Source of the DNA: Dysgonomonas sp. UBA7710
GTDB taxonomy: Bacteria > Bacteroidota > Bacteroidia > Bacteroidales > Dysgonomonadaceae
Length of the DNA: 64,000 nucleotides
Assembly (NCBI RefSeq): GCF_002482385.1
Contig: NZ_DLFW01000048.1
Coordinates: 39,417 to 103,416 of the forward strand
Reading direction: 5' to 3'
Part shown: positions 28,354 to 36,907 of the stretch, piece after piece
How positions within the stretch are numbered: the first letter of the stretch is position 1
Layout of the letters: each line of letters starts with the position of its first letter
The notes under the pieces: model-generated
Told to the model about the DNA's origin: nothing
The model's input: only the letters and a program-made list of their open reading frames with translations
The model's database searches: none
Made by a program: the position numbers and the translations under genes

Positions 28354-29714
28354 AGATAAAATCGGTATATGTTTGCAGCAATTGCGGCAATGATTCACCC
28401 AAATGGCTGGGTAAATGTCCTGTTTGCGGCGAATGGAATACCTATGTAGAGGAAATAATAAGTAAGGAGAAGTCTTCGGCAAAAAGCGGCCTGCATATAT
28501 TCGACACCACTAAGGCCAAACCTTTACTTCTGAAAGATGTACAGACAGGTGAGGAGCCACGTATCGACTTGCACGACGGGGAACTCAACCGTGTACTCGG
28601 AGGAGGCCTTGTGCCCGGCTCACTGGTATTGATAGGAGGGGAGCCCGGTATCGGCAAATCGACTTTAATATTGCAGACCGTATTAGGACTGAACGGAATA
28701 AAGACACTATATATATCGGGAGAGGAGAGCGCACGCCAGTTGAAACTACGTGCCGACCGTATCAATTCCAATAGTGAAAATTGTTTTATAGTCTGTGAAA
28801 CCAATCTGGAACAGATATTTGTACATATTCAGAATCTGAATCCCGGATTTGTTATTATCGATTCCATCCAGACGGTTTTTACCGATGCAGTAGAATCTTC
28901 GCCGGGAAGCGTATCGCAGGTACGCGAATGTTCGGCTGCGATACTCAAGTTTGCAAAAGAAACAAATACACCAGTCGTATTGATAGGACATATCAATAAG
29001 GAGGGAAGTATAGCCGGGCCGAAAGTATTGGAGCATATCGTTGATACAGTACTCCAGTTCGAAGGCGACCAGCACTATATGTACCGTATCCTGCGCAGTA
29101 TTAAAAACCGCTTTGGCAGCACTGCCGAGCTGGGTATTTATGAGATGCGCCAAAATGGATTGCGTGAAGTGAGTAATCCGTCCGAATTGCTGCTCACGCA
29201 GAACCATGAGGGATTGAGCGGTGTATCCATTTCCGCGGCTATCGAAGGCATACGTCCGTTTCTGATAGAAACACAGGCGCTGGTCAGCACGGCTGCATAT
29301 GGTACGCCGCAACGCTCGGCTACCGGATTTGACCTCCGCCGGATGAACATGCTTCTTGCCGTGTTGGAAAAACGGGCGGGTTTCAAACTTATCCAGAAAG
29401 ATGTTTTCCTGAATATTGCGGGGGGATTGAAAGTAAACGATCCCGGCATGGACTTGTCTGTTATCAGTGCCGTATTATCATCCAGCCTGGATATTTCCAT
29501 CGAGAAGCATGTGTGTATGACAGGTGAAGTCGGTCTGTCCGGAGAAATCCGTCCGGTCAACCGTATCGAGCAACGCATACTGGAAGCCGAAAAACTCGGC
29601 TTTTCGAAAATACTTGTACCGCAAAATAATTTGAAAGGATTTACATCGAAAGTCAATATCGAAATCATCCAGGTGAGAAAGGTTGAAGAGGCTTTCAGAC
29701 AACTTTTCGGATAA
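28347..29714 (+). CDS. radA: DNA repair protein RadA/Sms
   Basis: N-terminal zinc finger CSNCGNDSPKWLGKCPVCGEW, RecA-like GGEPGIGKST and a Lon-like C-terminal domain. Confidence 0.95.
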   Translation: MVKIKSVYVCSNCGNDSPKWLGKCPVCGEWNTYVEEIISKEKSSAKSGLHIFDTTKAKPLLLKDVQTGEEPRIDLHDGELNRVLGGGLVPGSLVLIGGEPGIGKSTLILQTVLGLNGIKTLYISGEESARQLKLRADRINSNSENCFIVCETNLEQIFVHIQNLNPGFVIIDSIQTVFTDAVESSPGSVSQVRECSAAILKFAKETNTPVVLIGHINKEGSIAGPKVLEHIVDTVLQFEGDQHYMYRILRSIKNRFGSTAELGIYEMRQNGLREVSNPSELLLTQNHEGLSGVSISAAIEGIRPFLIETQALVSTAAYGTPQRSATGFDLRRMNMLLAVLEKRAGFKLIQKDVFLNIAGGLKVNDPGMDLSVISAVLSSSLDISIEKHVCMTGEVGLSGEIRPVNRIEQRILEAEKLGFSKILVPQNNLKGFTSKVNIEIIQVRKVEEAFRQLFG

Positions 29715-29732
29715 AAACAGATATTTTACAGG

Positions 29733-30197
29733 ATGGAAAATGTGCCCTTCTGGATATTAACTGTAGCTTATTCGGCGCATATTCTCGAAGAGTATGTGTT
29801 GGACTGGAAATCATGGGCACAGCAAACATCCGGTCTGAAAATGGAATGGGCTGAATTTTTTGTAGCCAATTTCGCCGTCATTGTATTGGGTATTTGTTGC
29901 TCGGCTGTCGGATATACCTGTCCGGTCTTTGCATATTTATTTGTCGGACTAGCTGCTGTAAATGCTATCTTTGCCCATATCGGAACCACTGTTGTTAAAC
30001 GGAGATTTTCTCCGGGATTAATAACTTCTGTATTCCTTTTTATACCGGTTTGCGCATGGGCCTATGCAATAGCCTCCGAAAAAGGGATTCTGACTGTCTC
30101 TTTTACCATAATAAGTTTGTTGGGAGGATTTCTTATTATGTCTTTTCCCATAATACTGCAATTAATTAAGAAAAAAATGAATAATTCCCCTAAATAG
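29733..30197 (+). CDS. HXXEE-domain membrane protein
   Basis: HILEE motif in the first TM helix, and 4 predicted TM helices. Confidence 0.5.
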   Translation: MENVPFWILTVAYSAHILEEYVLDWKSWAQQTSGLKMEWAEFFVANFAVIVLGICCSAVGYTCPVFAYLFVGLAAVNAIFAHIGTTVVKRRFSPGLITSVFLFIPVCAWAYAIASEKGILTVSFTIISLLGGFLIMSFPIILQLIKKKMNNSPK

Positions 30198-30349
30198 TTA
30201 ATATCTTTACAATCTAAAGACTGATTTTATTAATATTTAAGTGCATTATTTTTTATAATGGATATACAGATAATAGCATTCGATACAGATGATACATCTA
30301 TCATGTTGTCTTATAAACTGATGTACCTTCCTACTATGCAGAATGCCGG

Positions 30350-30982
30350 ATGAAAAAAAGAATCGATTTAAATACATGGAACCGGAAAGAGCATTACAAT
30401 TTTTTCAGGTCGTTCGATGACCCCTTTTTCGGTATGACGGTCGATGTTGATTTTACTCCTGTTTATAATTATAGTAAAGATAGTAAGTCTTCGTTTTTTC
30501 TTCATTCGTTACACAGGATTATGCGGGCTGCCAATGCGGTAGAAGCGTTCCGTTACAGGATCGAAGATGAAGAACTGCTTTGCTACGATACCATTCATCC
30601 CGAATCGACGGTAGGCCGTGATGACGGTACATTCTGTTTTTCTTTTTTCGAATATTTTTCCGATATAGAAGAATTTACAAACAATGCTTTATTGGTTATA
30701 GAGCGGGTGAAGAATACGACAGGACTGGGACTGCAAAGCCTTCCCGGTAATAATAATGTTATTCATTATTCATCAGTTCCGTGGATACGGTTTACCGATA
30801 TGAAGCATGCTGTTTCGTTCGGTAATAACGGGGCCATCCCCAAAATATCGACGGGAAAACTCTTTTCAAAAGAACAAAAATTGCTATTGCCTGTTTCTAT
30901 AACTGTCAATCATGCTGTAATGGATGGCCTGCATGTAGCGCAATTTCTGGATAAGTTAAACGAGAGTATCCATTCACTCTGA
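30350..30982 (+). CDS. cat: type A chloramphenicol O-acetyltransferase family protein
   Basis: Classic N-terminus ..IDLNTWNRKEHYNFF.. and active-site region ..VNHAVMDGLHVAQF.. (catalytic His). Confidence 0.8.
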   Translation: MKKRIDLNTWNRKEHYNFFRSFDDPFFGMTVDVDFTPVYNYSKDSKSSFFLHSLHRIMRAANAVEAFRYRIEDEELLCYDTIHPESTVGRDDGTFCFSFFEYFSDIEEFTNNALLVIERVKNTTGLGLQSLPGNNNVIHYSSVPWIRFTDMKHAVSFGNNGAIPKISTGKLFSKEQKLLLPVSITVNHAVMDGLHVAQFLDKLNESIHSL

Positions 30983-31004
30983 AATATAAAAGATAACAAG
31001 GATA

Positions 31005-32297
31005 ATGACCTATCAGGAGACCATAGAATATTTGTACAACCAACTGCCCGTATACCAAAGAGTAGGTGGTATCGCATACAAAGAGGGATTGGACAACAGC
31101 CTTGCCCTCGATACATATTTTGCACATCCCCATACTAAATATAAAACAATCCATATAGCCGGAACGAACGGCAAGGGTTCGACCTCGCATTTGCTTGCAG
31201 CCATATTACAGGAAGCCGGATATAAGGTAGGGCTATACACTTCGCCGCATCTGGTAGACTTCAGGGAGCGTATACGTGTCAACGGGGAAAAGATATCACA
31301 GCAGTATGTTGTGGATTTTGTAGAAAAGCACCGGGAATATTTCGAACCGGTAGAGCCTTCGTTTTTTGAACTGACAATGATGATGTCGTTCCTTTACTTT
31401 GCGGATATGCATGTAGATGTAGCTATCATAGAGGTGGGACTGGGTGGGAGGCTGGATAGTACTAATATTATCACGCCGGACCTCAGCGTAATAACCAATA
31501 TAAGTTTCGACCATATGCAGTTTCTTGGCAATACATTGGAAAAGATTGCCTCCGAAAAGGCCGGTATTATAAAGAAAGGTATACCTGTAATTATAGGTGA
31601 AGCGGAAGGTGAGATAAAGACTGTATTTGCCGACACAGCGGAAAGGGTGGGAGCACCCATTCTATTTGCCGAAGATGAACATATAATCCAGTCGAGTTTG
31701 AGGACAGCAAGTGGCTGGCTTTTCGATACAAAGTATTATCTGCATCTTAAAGGCGAACTGTCAGGGTATGCACAAATAAAGAATGCGGCCACAGTATTAT
31801 GTGCGGTCAAGGAATTACAGAAAATAGGATATACTATTCCGTCTAAGGCTGTCTATAACGGATTTGCATATGTAACCAAACTGACAGGCCTGATGGGGCG
31901 TTGGCAGATTCTGCAGGAGTTGCACCCTAAAATAGTATGTGATACAGGACACAATGTAGCCGGAATGAAGTATATAGCCGAGCAGCTGGCTAATGAGAAG
32001 TGCGATACACTACATATTGTACTGGGAATGGTAAATGATAAAGATATTGCTTCCATACTCGAATTACTGCCCCGTAAAGCCATTTATTACTTTACCAAAG
32101 CTTCTGTTCCCCGTGCCATGAACGAGCGCGAACTGCAAATGCAGGCCCAGAAGAAAGGTTTGATGGGATATTCATATCCGACAGTGGCGGAAGCTGTTCG
32201 GGCGGCAAAAGACTGGGCAGCATCCAATGATTTCATATTCATCGGAGGTAGTAACTTTGTTGTAGCCGATGCTCTGAATACTTTTGGGTATAAATAG
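31005..32297 (+). CDS. folC: bifunctional folylpolyglutamate synthase/dihydrofolate synthase
   Basis: Mur-ligase P-loop HIAGTNGKGST and Mur ligase middle and C-terminal domains. Confidence 0.85.
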   Translation: MTYQETIEYLYNQLPVYQRVGGIAYKEGLDNSLALDTYFAHPHTKYKTIHIAGTNGKGSTSHLLAAILQEAGYKVGLYTSPHLVDFRERIRVNGEKISQQYVVDFVEKHREYFEPVEPSFFELTMMMSFLYFADMHVDVAIIEVGLGGRLDSTNIITPDLSVITNISFDHMQFLGNTLEKIASEKAGIIKKGIPVIIGEAEGEIKTVFADTAERVGAPILFAEDEHIIQSSLRTASGWLFDTKYYLHLKGELSGYAQIKNAATVLCAVKELQKIGYTIPSKAVYNGFAYVTKLTGLMGRWQILQELHPKIVCDTGHNVAGMKYIAEQLANEKCDTLHIVLGMVNDKDIASILELLPRKAIYYFTKASVPRAMNERELQMQAQKKGLMGYSYPTVAEAVRAAKDWAASNDFIFIGGSNFVVADALNTFGYK

Positions 32298-32468
32298 AGA
32301 ATAGTTGCGAGTGATTCCATAGGAGCAAAGAATTTTCCCTAATTAATGGGTGAATGTTTTTTCGTCCCTACAGGTCCGGAAACTGTTACTTTTTTAATGT
32401 CATTTTATCTATATGGTACAGATAACAAGCGTGTTGTCGATAGAAAAGTAACAGTGTGAAAAATTTCG

Positions 32469-32690
32469 AAAGGTTGTTACCTTTGTTACCTTTTGAAAAA
32501 AGTTACAAGTAAACAAGACACGAGATACGAGTTGTTAACTGATGACTGTAAAGGTTGTTACCTTTGTTACTTTTTAACAAGTCGTAAGTTTTTAAGTTAT
32601 ATGAGATACGAGTAGACAAGACACGAGATACAAGTTGTTGGCTGATGACTGTAAATAGTGTAACCTTTGTTACTTTTTAACAAAATATAT
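32469..32690 (+). repeat. intergenic tandem repeat array (locus A): 2.4 copies of an ~85-105 bp unit
   Basis: The unit is built from the modules GGTTGTTACCTTTGTTAC(T/C)TTTT(A/G)A.., ACAAGACACGAGATAC(G/A)AGTTGTT and CTGATGACTGTAA. The GTTACCTTTG core contains a TAnnTTTG -7 motif. Confidence 0.7.
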
Positions 32691-32792
32691 ACTGATTATG
32701 AATGGTATAAAACTTTCGGATTGCAAATCTGAAAGGATGAAAGAGACTAATATAATCTGCCTGTATTCGCTGGCAGCATAAACTAGAATATA

Positions 32793-33830
32793 ATGCAACA
32801 ATTCAACATCGAAAAACCAAACGACGAAGTCCGTTCTTATTTACAGGAAAAAATTGATAACCTTACCAAACCGAAAGGTTCATTAGGCGTATTGGAAGAC
32901 CTTGCCATGCAAATCGGCTGGGTGCAACAATCCCTCAGTCCTAAACTGACGAATCCCTGCCATATCGTATTTGCAGGCGATCACGGTATCGCAGCCGAAG
33001 GTGTAAGCCCTTCTCCGCAGGAGGTAACATATCAAATGATATTAAACTTTTGGGCAGGTGGCGCAGGAATTAATTTCTTGGCCCGTCAGCATGGGTTTAA
33101 CCTTAAAGTGGTGGATTCGGGTGTTAATTTCGATTTCAAAGATGGCGATCCTATCATAGATAAGAAAATCCGTAAGAGCACACGCAATTATCTGCACGAG
33201 GCAGCTATGACGCATGAAGAAATGGAGTTGGCCGTACAACGCGGGGCAGAATGTGCACAGACATGTTACGACGAGGGGTGCAATGTCATTGGTTTTGGAG
33301 AGATGGGTATAACGAATACTTCGTCTTCTTCCCTCTGGATGACCTATCTTACAGGTATCCCGTTAGATCAGTGCATTGGCGCCGGATGCGACCATACAGG
33401 TAAAATCATCAGCCACAAATACAATGTGCTGAAACAATCTATGGAAAATTACAAAGGCGATGCCTCTGTCGAGGATATTATGCGCTATTTTGGAGGTTAT
33501 GAGATGGTGATGACTGTGGGCGCTATGCTCAAAGCTGCCGAACTGAAAATGATGATTCTGGTCGATGGTTTCATTATGACGAATTGCATGCTTGTAGCAT
33601 CTAAGTCAAACGAAAATGTATTGCATTATGCTATTTTCGGGCATCAGGGTGATGAAGCAGGTCACAAACTGGTATTGGATTATCTGAAGGCAAAACCTAT
33701 ACTGAATCTTGGTCTCAGGTTGGGAGAGGGCACAGGTGCGTTATGTGCCTATCCTATTGTCGCTTCTGCCCTGCATATGATAAACGAGATGCATTCGTTT
33801 AAGGAGATAAAAGTGACAAAGTATTTTTAA
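32793..33830 (+). CDS. cobT: nicotinate-nucleotide--dimethylbenzimidazole phosphoribosyltransferase
   Basis: ..[14 protein letters not shown].. (the GEMGIGNTT-type motif), about 345 aa, and CobS/CobC genes immediately downstream. Confidence 0.85.
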   Translation: MQQFNIEKPNDEVRSYLQEKIDNLTKPKGSLGVLEDLAMQIGWVQQSLSPKLTNPCHIVFAGDHGIAAEGVSPSPQEVTYQMILNFWAGGAGINFLARQHGFNLKVVDSGVNFDFKDGDPIIDKKIRKSTRNYLHEAAMTHEEMELAVQRGAECAQTCYDEGCNVIGFGEMGITNTSSSSLWMTYLTGIPLDQCIGAGCDHTGKIISHKYNVLKQSMENYKGDASVEDIMRYFGGYEMVMTVGAMLKAAELKMMILVDGFIMTNCMLVASKSNENVLHYAIFGHQGDEAGHKLVLDYLKAKPILNLGLRLGEGTGALCAYPIVASALHMINEMHSFKEIKVTKYF

Positions 33831-33835
33831 ATAGT

Positions 33836-33948
33836 TACAAGTTACTTCGCCCTGTAGGCAGTTACGAGTTACAAGTTTGCTAACACATCAAAAACAGATT
33901 GGCTAATTATTGACTCGTAACATGTAACATGTAACTCGTAACTGTTTT
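33836..33948 (+). repeat. intergenic repeat locus B (module GTTACTTCGCCCTGTAGGCAGTTACGAGTTACAAGTT plus CGTAACATGTAACATGTAACTCGTAAC)
   Basis: It shares an ~40 bp module with locus C (46014-46052). Both are dense in GTTAC/GTAAC pentamers. Confidence 0.6.
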
Positions 33949-33951
33949 ATA

Positions 33952-34713
33952 ATGAAAAATATAGCTGCCGCCCTCGTTTTTTTTACCCGTTTACCGTTTT
34001 GGCGGTTAAAGGCCTTTAATGTACCTGCCCCGTATTATAAGCAGGTAATCAATTACTGGCCCGTTGCCGGATGGCTCACGGCAGCGGTGATGGCAGGGGT
34101 GCTTTGGAGTGCTGCGCAAATTTTGCCTTATTCCATTGCTGTTATTCTGGCAATACTAAGCCGTTTACTAGTTACGGGAGCATTGCACGAAGATGGTCTG
34201 GCCGATTTCTTCGATGGATTTGGGGGAGGGAATACACGCGAGCGGACGCTGGAGATAATGAAGGATTCGCACATTGGTACATATGGGGTTGTCAGCCTGA
34301 TATTTTATTTTTCATTATTTTATTTGCTTCTGAGCAATCTTAGTCTCGAAATGGCTTGCCTTGTGATATTATCGGCAGATCCGTTATGTAAATTCATAGC
34401 ATCACTCATAACTCTGTTCCTGCCATATGCCCGAAATGAGGAAACCAGTAAATCGAAGGTGGTTTATAATAAAATGTCAGTCAGAACAGGTGTTATATCT
34501 ATCATATTAGGACTATTCCCTTTTATTTTATTATTAAAAATTGACTTTTTGCCGGCTATAATATTTCCTATCTTTGTTTTCGCAGGATTAATTCTTCTGA
34601 TGAAAAAGAAAATCGGGGGCTATACAGGTGATTGTTGCGGAGCTACATTCCTGATGTGTGAATTGTCTTTTTATCTGGGAATAGTGATAATATTGAATTG
34701 TTTAGCTGTTTAA
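33952..34713 (+). CDS. cobS: adenosylcobinamide-GDP ribazoletransferase (cobalamin synthase)
   Basis: Polytopic membrane protein of about 250 aa with N-terminal ..FFTRLPFW.. and ..DGLADFFDGFGGG.. motifs. Confidence 0.75.
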   Translation: MKNIAAALVFFTRLPFWRLKAFNVPAPYYKQVINYWPVAGWLTAAVMAGVLWSAAQILPYSIAVILAILSRLLVTGALHEDGLADFFDGFGGGNTRERTLEIMKDSHIGTYGVVSLIFYFSLFYLLLSNLSLEMACLVILSADPLCKFIASLITLFLPYARNEETSKSKVVYNKMSVRTGVISIILGLFPFILLLKIDFLPAIIFPIFVFAGLILLMKKKIGGYTGDCCGATFLMCELSFYLGIVIILNCLAV

Positions 34714-34753
34714 TAGGTTAATATTCAAATTGGCTAATTTACTAATTGATTTC

Positions 34754-35272
34754 ATGAAAATATATATTGTACGACATACAGCAGTTGGCGTAAACGGTGT
34801 TTGCTACGGACAAACTGATGTGCCATTAAAAGAAACCTTTGAAAGTGAAGCTGAAATAGTAAAGCAAAACCTGAAAGATATAACTTTCGATGCTGTATTT
34901 TCCAGTCCGTTGAGCCGGGCAAAAAAACTTGCCGAGTATTGCGGATATGAAAATATACGCCTCAAGGACAGGTTGAAAGAACTGAATTTCGGCGAATGGG
35001 AAATGCAGGAGTGGGACAAGATAGATATGACGGAATGGGAAAAAGACTGGATAAATACCCCTGCGCCCAACGGAGAATCCTTTGCACAAATGTATAAGCG
35101 TATAGCATCTTTCCTCGACGAACTTAAAGGGCAGGATCACTCTACTGTGGCAGTCTTTGCTCATGGCGGGGTAATAAACTGTTTTAAAGTATATTTCGGT
35201 AAAACGGATTTGGCCGGGGCATTCGATGATTTGTCGGAGTACGGGCAGATATCAGAATTCGAATTTATTTGA
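34754..35272 (+). CDS. cobC: alpha-ribazole phosphatase (histidine phosphatase family)
   Basis: MKIYIVRHT.. (RHG-type catalytic motif) and FAHGGVI. It lies in the cobT-cobS cluster. Start chosen at the internal Met. Confidence 0.65.
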   Translation: MKIYIVRHTAVGVNGVCYGQTDVPLKETFESEAEIVKQNLKDITFDAVFSSPLSRAKKLAEYCGYENIRLKDRLKELNFGEWEMQEWDKIDMTEWEKDWINTPAPNGESFAQMYKRIASFLDELKGQDHSTVAVFAHGGVINCFKVYFGKTDLAGAFDDLSEYGQISEFEFI

Positions 35273-35415
35273 ATGAAATAAAATATTATCCGGATGTAGT
35301 TTCATAGTGTATATACCATGAAACTTATTTTATTTAAATACACCCTTTTTCATTTGCATATAATAAAATTATTTATATCTTTATGATATCATTTTAATAT
35401 CAAATAATAAATAAT

Positions 35416-36315
35416 ATGGAAACACGGGAGAAGAAGTTTGAAGGAGCTAAAATCTCAGGATTTGCAGCTATTGTAATTGGATTGATTTTGGTTGGTGCAA
35501 GTATTTTTGCTATAACAACAGAAACGATCGCAGGGGTGGCAGGAGGAATAGTCGGTTGTGTATTGCTGATTCCTGCAATATTCTACGGGCTTATTATGAT
35601 AGAACCGAACGAAACCCGTGTAATGATATTCTTTGGAAAATATAGAGGAACATTTACCGAAAATGGTTTTTTCTGGGTAAATCCTTTCTATTCTACACGC
35701 CGGATTCCTATTCGTGCACGAAATCTCGATATAGAGCCTGTAAAGGTAAATGACAAAGTGGGTAATCCTATAATGATTGGCGCAGTGTTGGTTTGGAAAG
35801 TAAAAGATACATATAAAGCATCTTTCGACATCGATGCAGCCGGAAGCAGTGTAATGACTGCAGCCGCCAACTTTGTGAAAATACAGAGTGATGCCGCTTT
35901 GCGTCAGGTAGCCGGTATGTATGCATATGATAATAACAATCATGAAGCGGATGCGATAACTCTTCGTTCCGACGGTGATGAGGTGAGCCAGAAGCTGGAA
36001 GATGAACTGAATAGCCGCTTGGCAATTGCTGGTATCGAAGTCATAGAAGCTCGCATCAATTACCTCGCATATGCAGCTGAAATAGCGAGCGTGATGCTCC
36101 GCCGTCAGCAGGCAGATGCGATTATCGCTGCCCGTGAGAAGATAGTGGAAGGCGCGGTAAGTATGGTGCAGTTGGCCTTGGATAAACTGCAAAAAGACCA
36201 GATAGTGGAACTTGACGAGGAGCGTAAAGCTGCCATGGTGAGTAATTTACTTGTGGTACTTTGTGCTGATGAGGCGGCTCAACCGATAGTGAATGCGGGA
36301 ACACTGCATCATTAA
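35416..36315 (+). CDS. SPFH/band-7 (stomatin/prohibitin-like) family membrane protein
   Basis: N-terminal TM region followed by a band-7 domain (..NETRVMIFFGKYRGTFTENGFFWVNPF..). Confidence 0.7.
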   Translation: METREKKFEGAKISGFAAIVIGLILVGASIFAITTETIAGVAGGIVGCVLLIPAIFYGLIMIEPNETRVMIFFGKYRGTFTENGFFWVNPFYSTRRIPIRARNLDIEPVKVNDKVGNPIMIGAVLVWKVKDTYKASFDIDAAGSSVMTAAANFVKIQSDAALRQVAGMYAYDNNNHEADAITLRSDGDEVSQKLEDELNSRLAIAGIEVIEARINYLAYAAEIASVMLRRQQADAIIAAREKIVEGAVSMVQLALDKLQKDQIVELDEERKAAMVSNLLVVLCADEAAQPIVNAGTLHH

Positions 36316-36393
36316 TTCTATTTCAGGTTTCAAGATTTCAAAATGGTATTTCTTTCAATATTGAAATCTTTAAATCTTTAAATTAATATTATT

Positions 36394-36591
36394 GTGGCTA
36401 AAAAAGAAAAAGAATCTACTGTAAAAAGCTTCGTCCTGCGTATCGATTCCGAAATGATGGATGCAATTGAAAAATGGGCTGCCGACGAGTTTCGCAGTAC
36501 CAACGGGCAGATACAGTATATTCTCGATCAGGCACTTCGTAAAGCAGGACGGACAAAAAAGGAGAAGGAACCCAAAACGGATAATGGATAA
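36394..36591 (+). CDS. Arc-like ribbon-helix-helix DNA-binding protein (GTG start)
   Basis: ..KSFVLRIDSEMMDAIEKWAADEFRSTNGQIQYILDQAL.. is a typical Arc/MetJ-type RHH. A terminator hairpin follows immediately. Confidence 0.5.
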   Translation: MAKKEKESTVKSFVLRIDSEMMDAIEKWAADEFRSTNGQIQYILDQALRKAGRTKKEKEPKTDNG

Positions 36592-36601
36592 TTAGTAACA
36601 A

Positions 36602-36632
36602 AGAGAACCGGTTTAGAAATCGGTTCTCTTTG
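36602..36632 (+). terminator. rho-independent terminator after the Arc-like gene
   Basis: 9-bp perfect stem AGAGAACCG/CGGTTCTCT, a 10-nt loop, then TTTGT. Confidence 0.55.
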
Positions 36633-36907
36633 TGATGAAAAGGATTTTTCTATAAATTATCTTAACATCATTTCTTTTGTTCAAGATAGCGATATGGGGA
36701 TAGGGAAAAATCTCATTTTTTTAATACTTTTGCACTATTAAGCAGAAGATAGTATTTAATGATATATCTTCGAGCGGTAACTTACATTAGTTATTATACT
36801 TACCAAAGTAAAAAAATAGGTCCGCGACCTTAAAGGAAAGAGTTATAAAACGGTTTAAAAAAATATTTCTCACTATTTTCGGGATAATTTTCGGTCTGGT
36901 TATCCTG

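Noticed and set aside
32300-32792. Cobalamin riboswitch upstream of cobT
   Set aside because: No B12-box or conserved GGTG..GCCACTG core is recognisable by eye. This needs a covariance-model scan to be sure.
35455-36304. Minus-strand ORFs (245, 60, 85 and 60 aa) overlapping the SPFH gene
   Set aside because: Cys/His/Tyr-rich nonsense translations with no start context. The plus-strand band-7 ORF is well supported.
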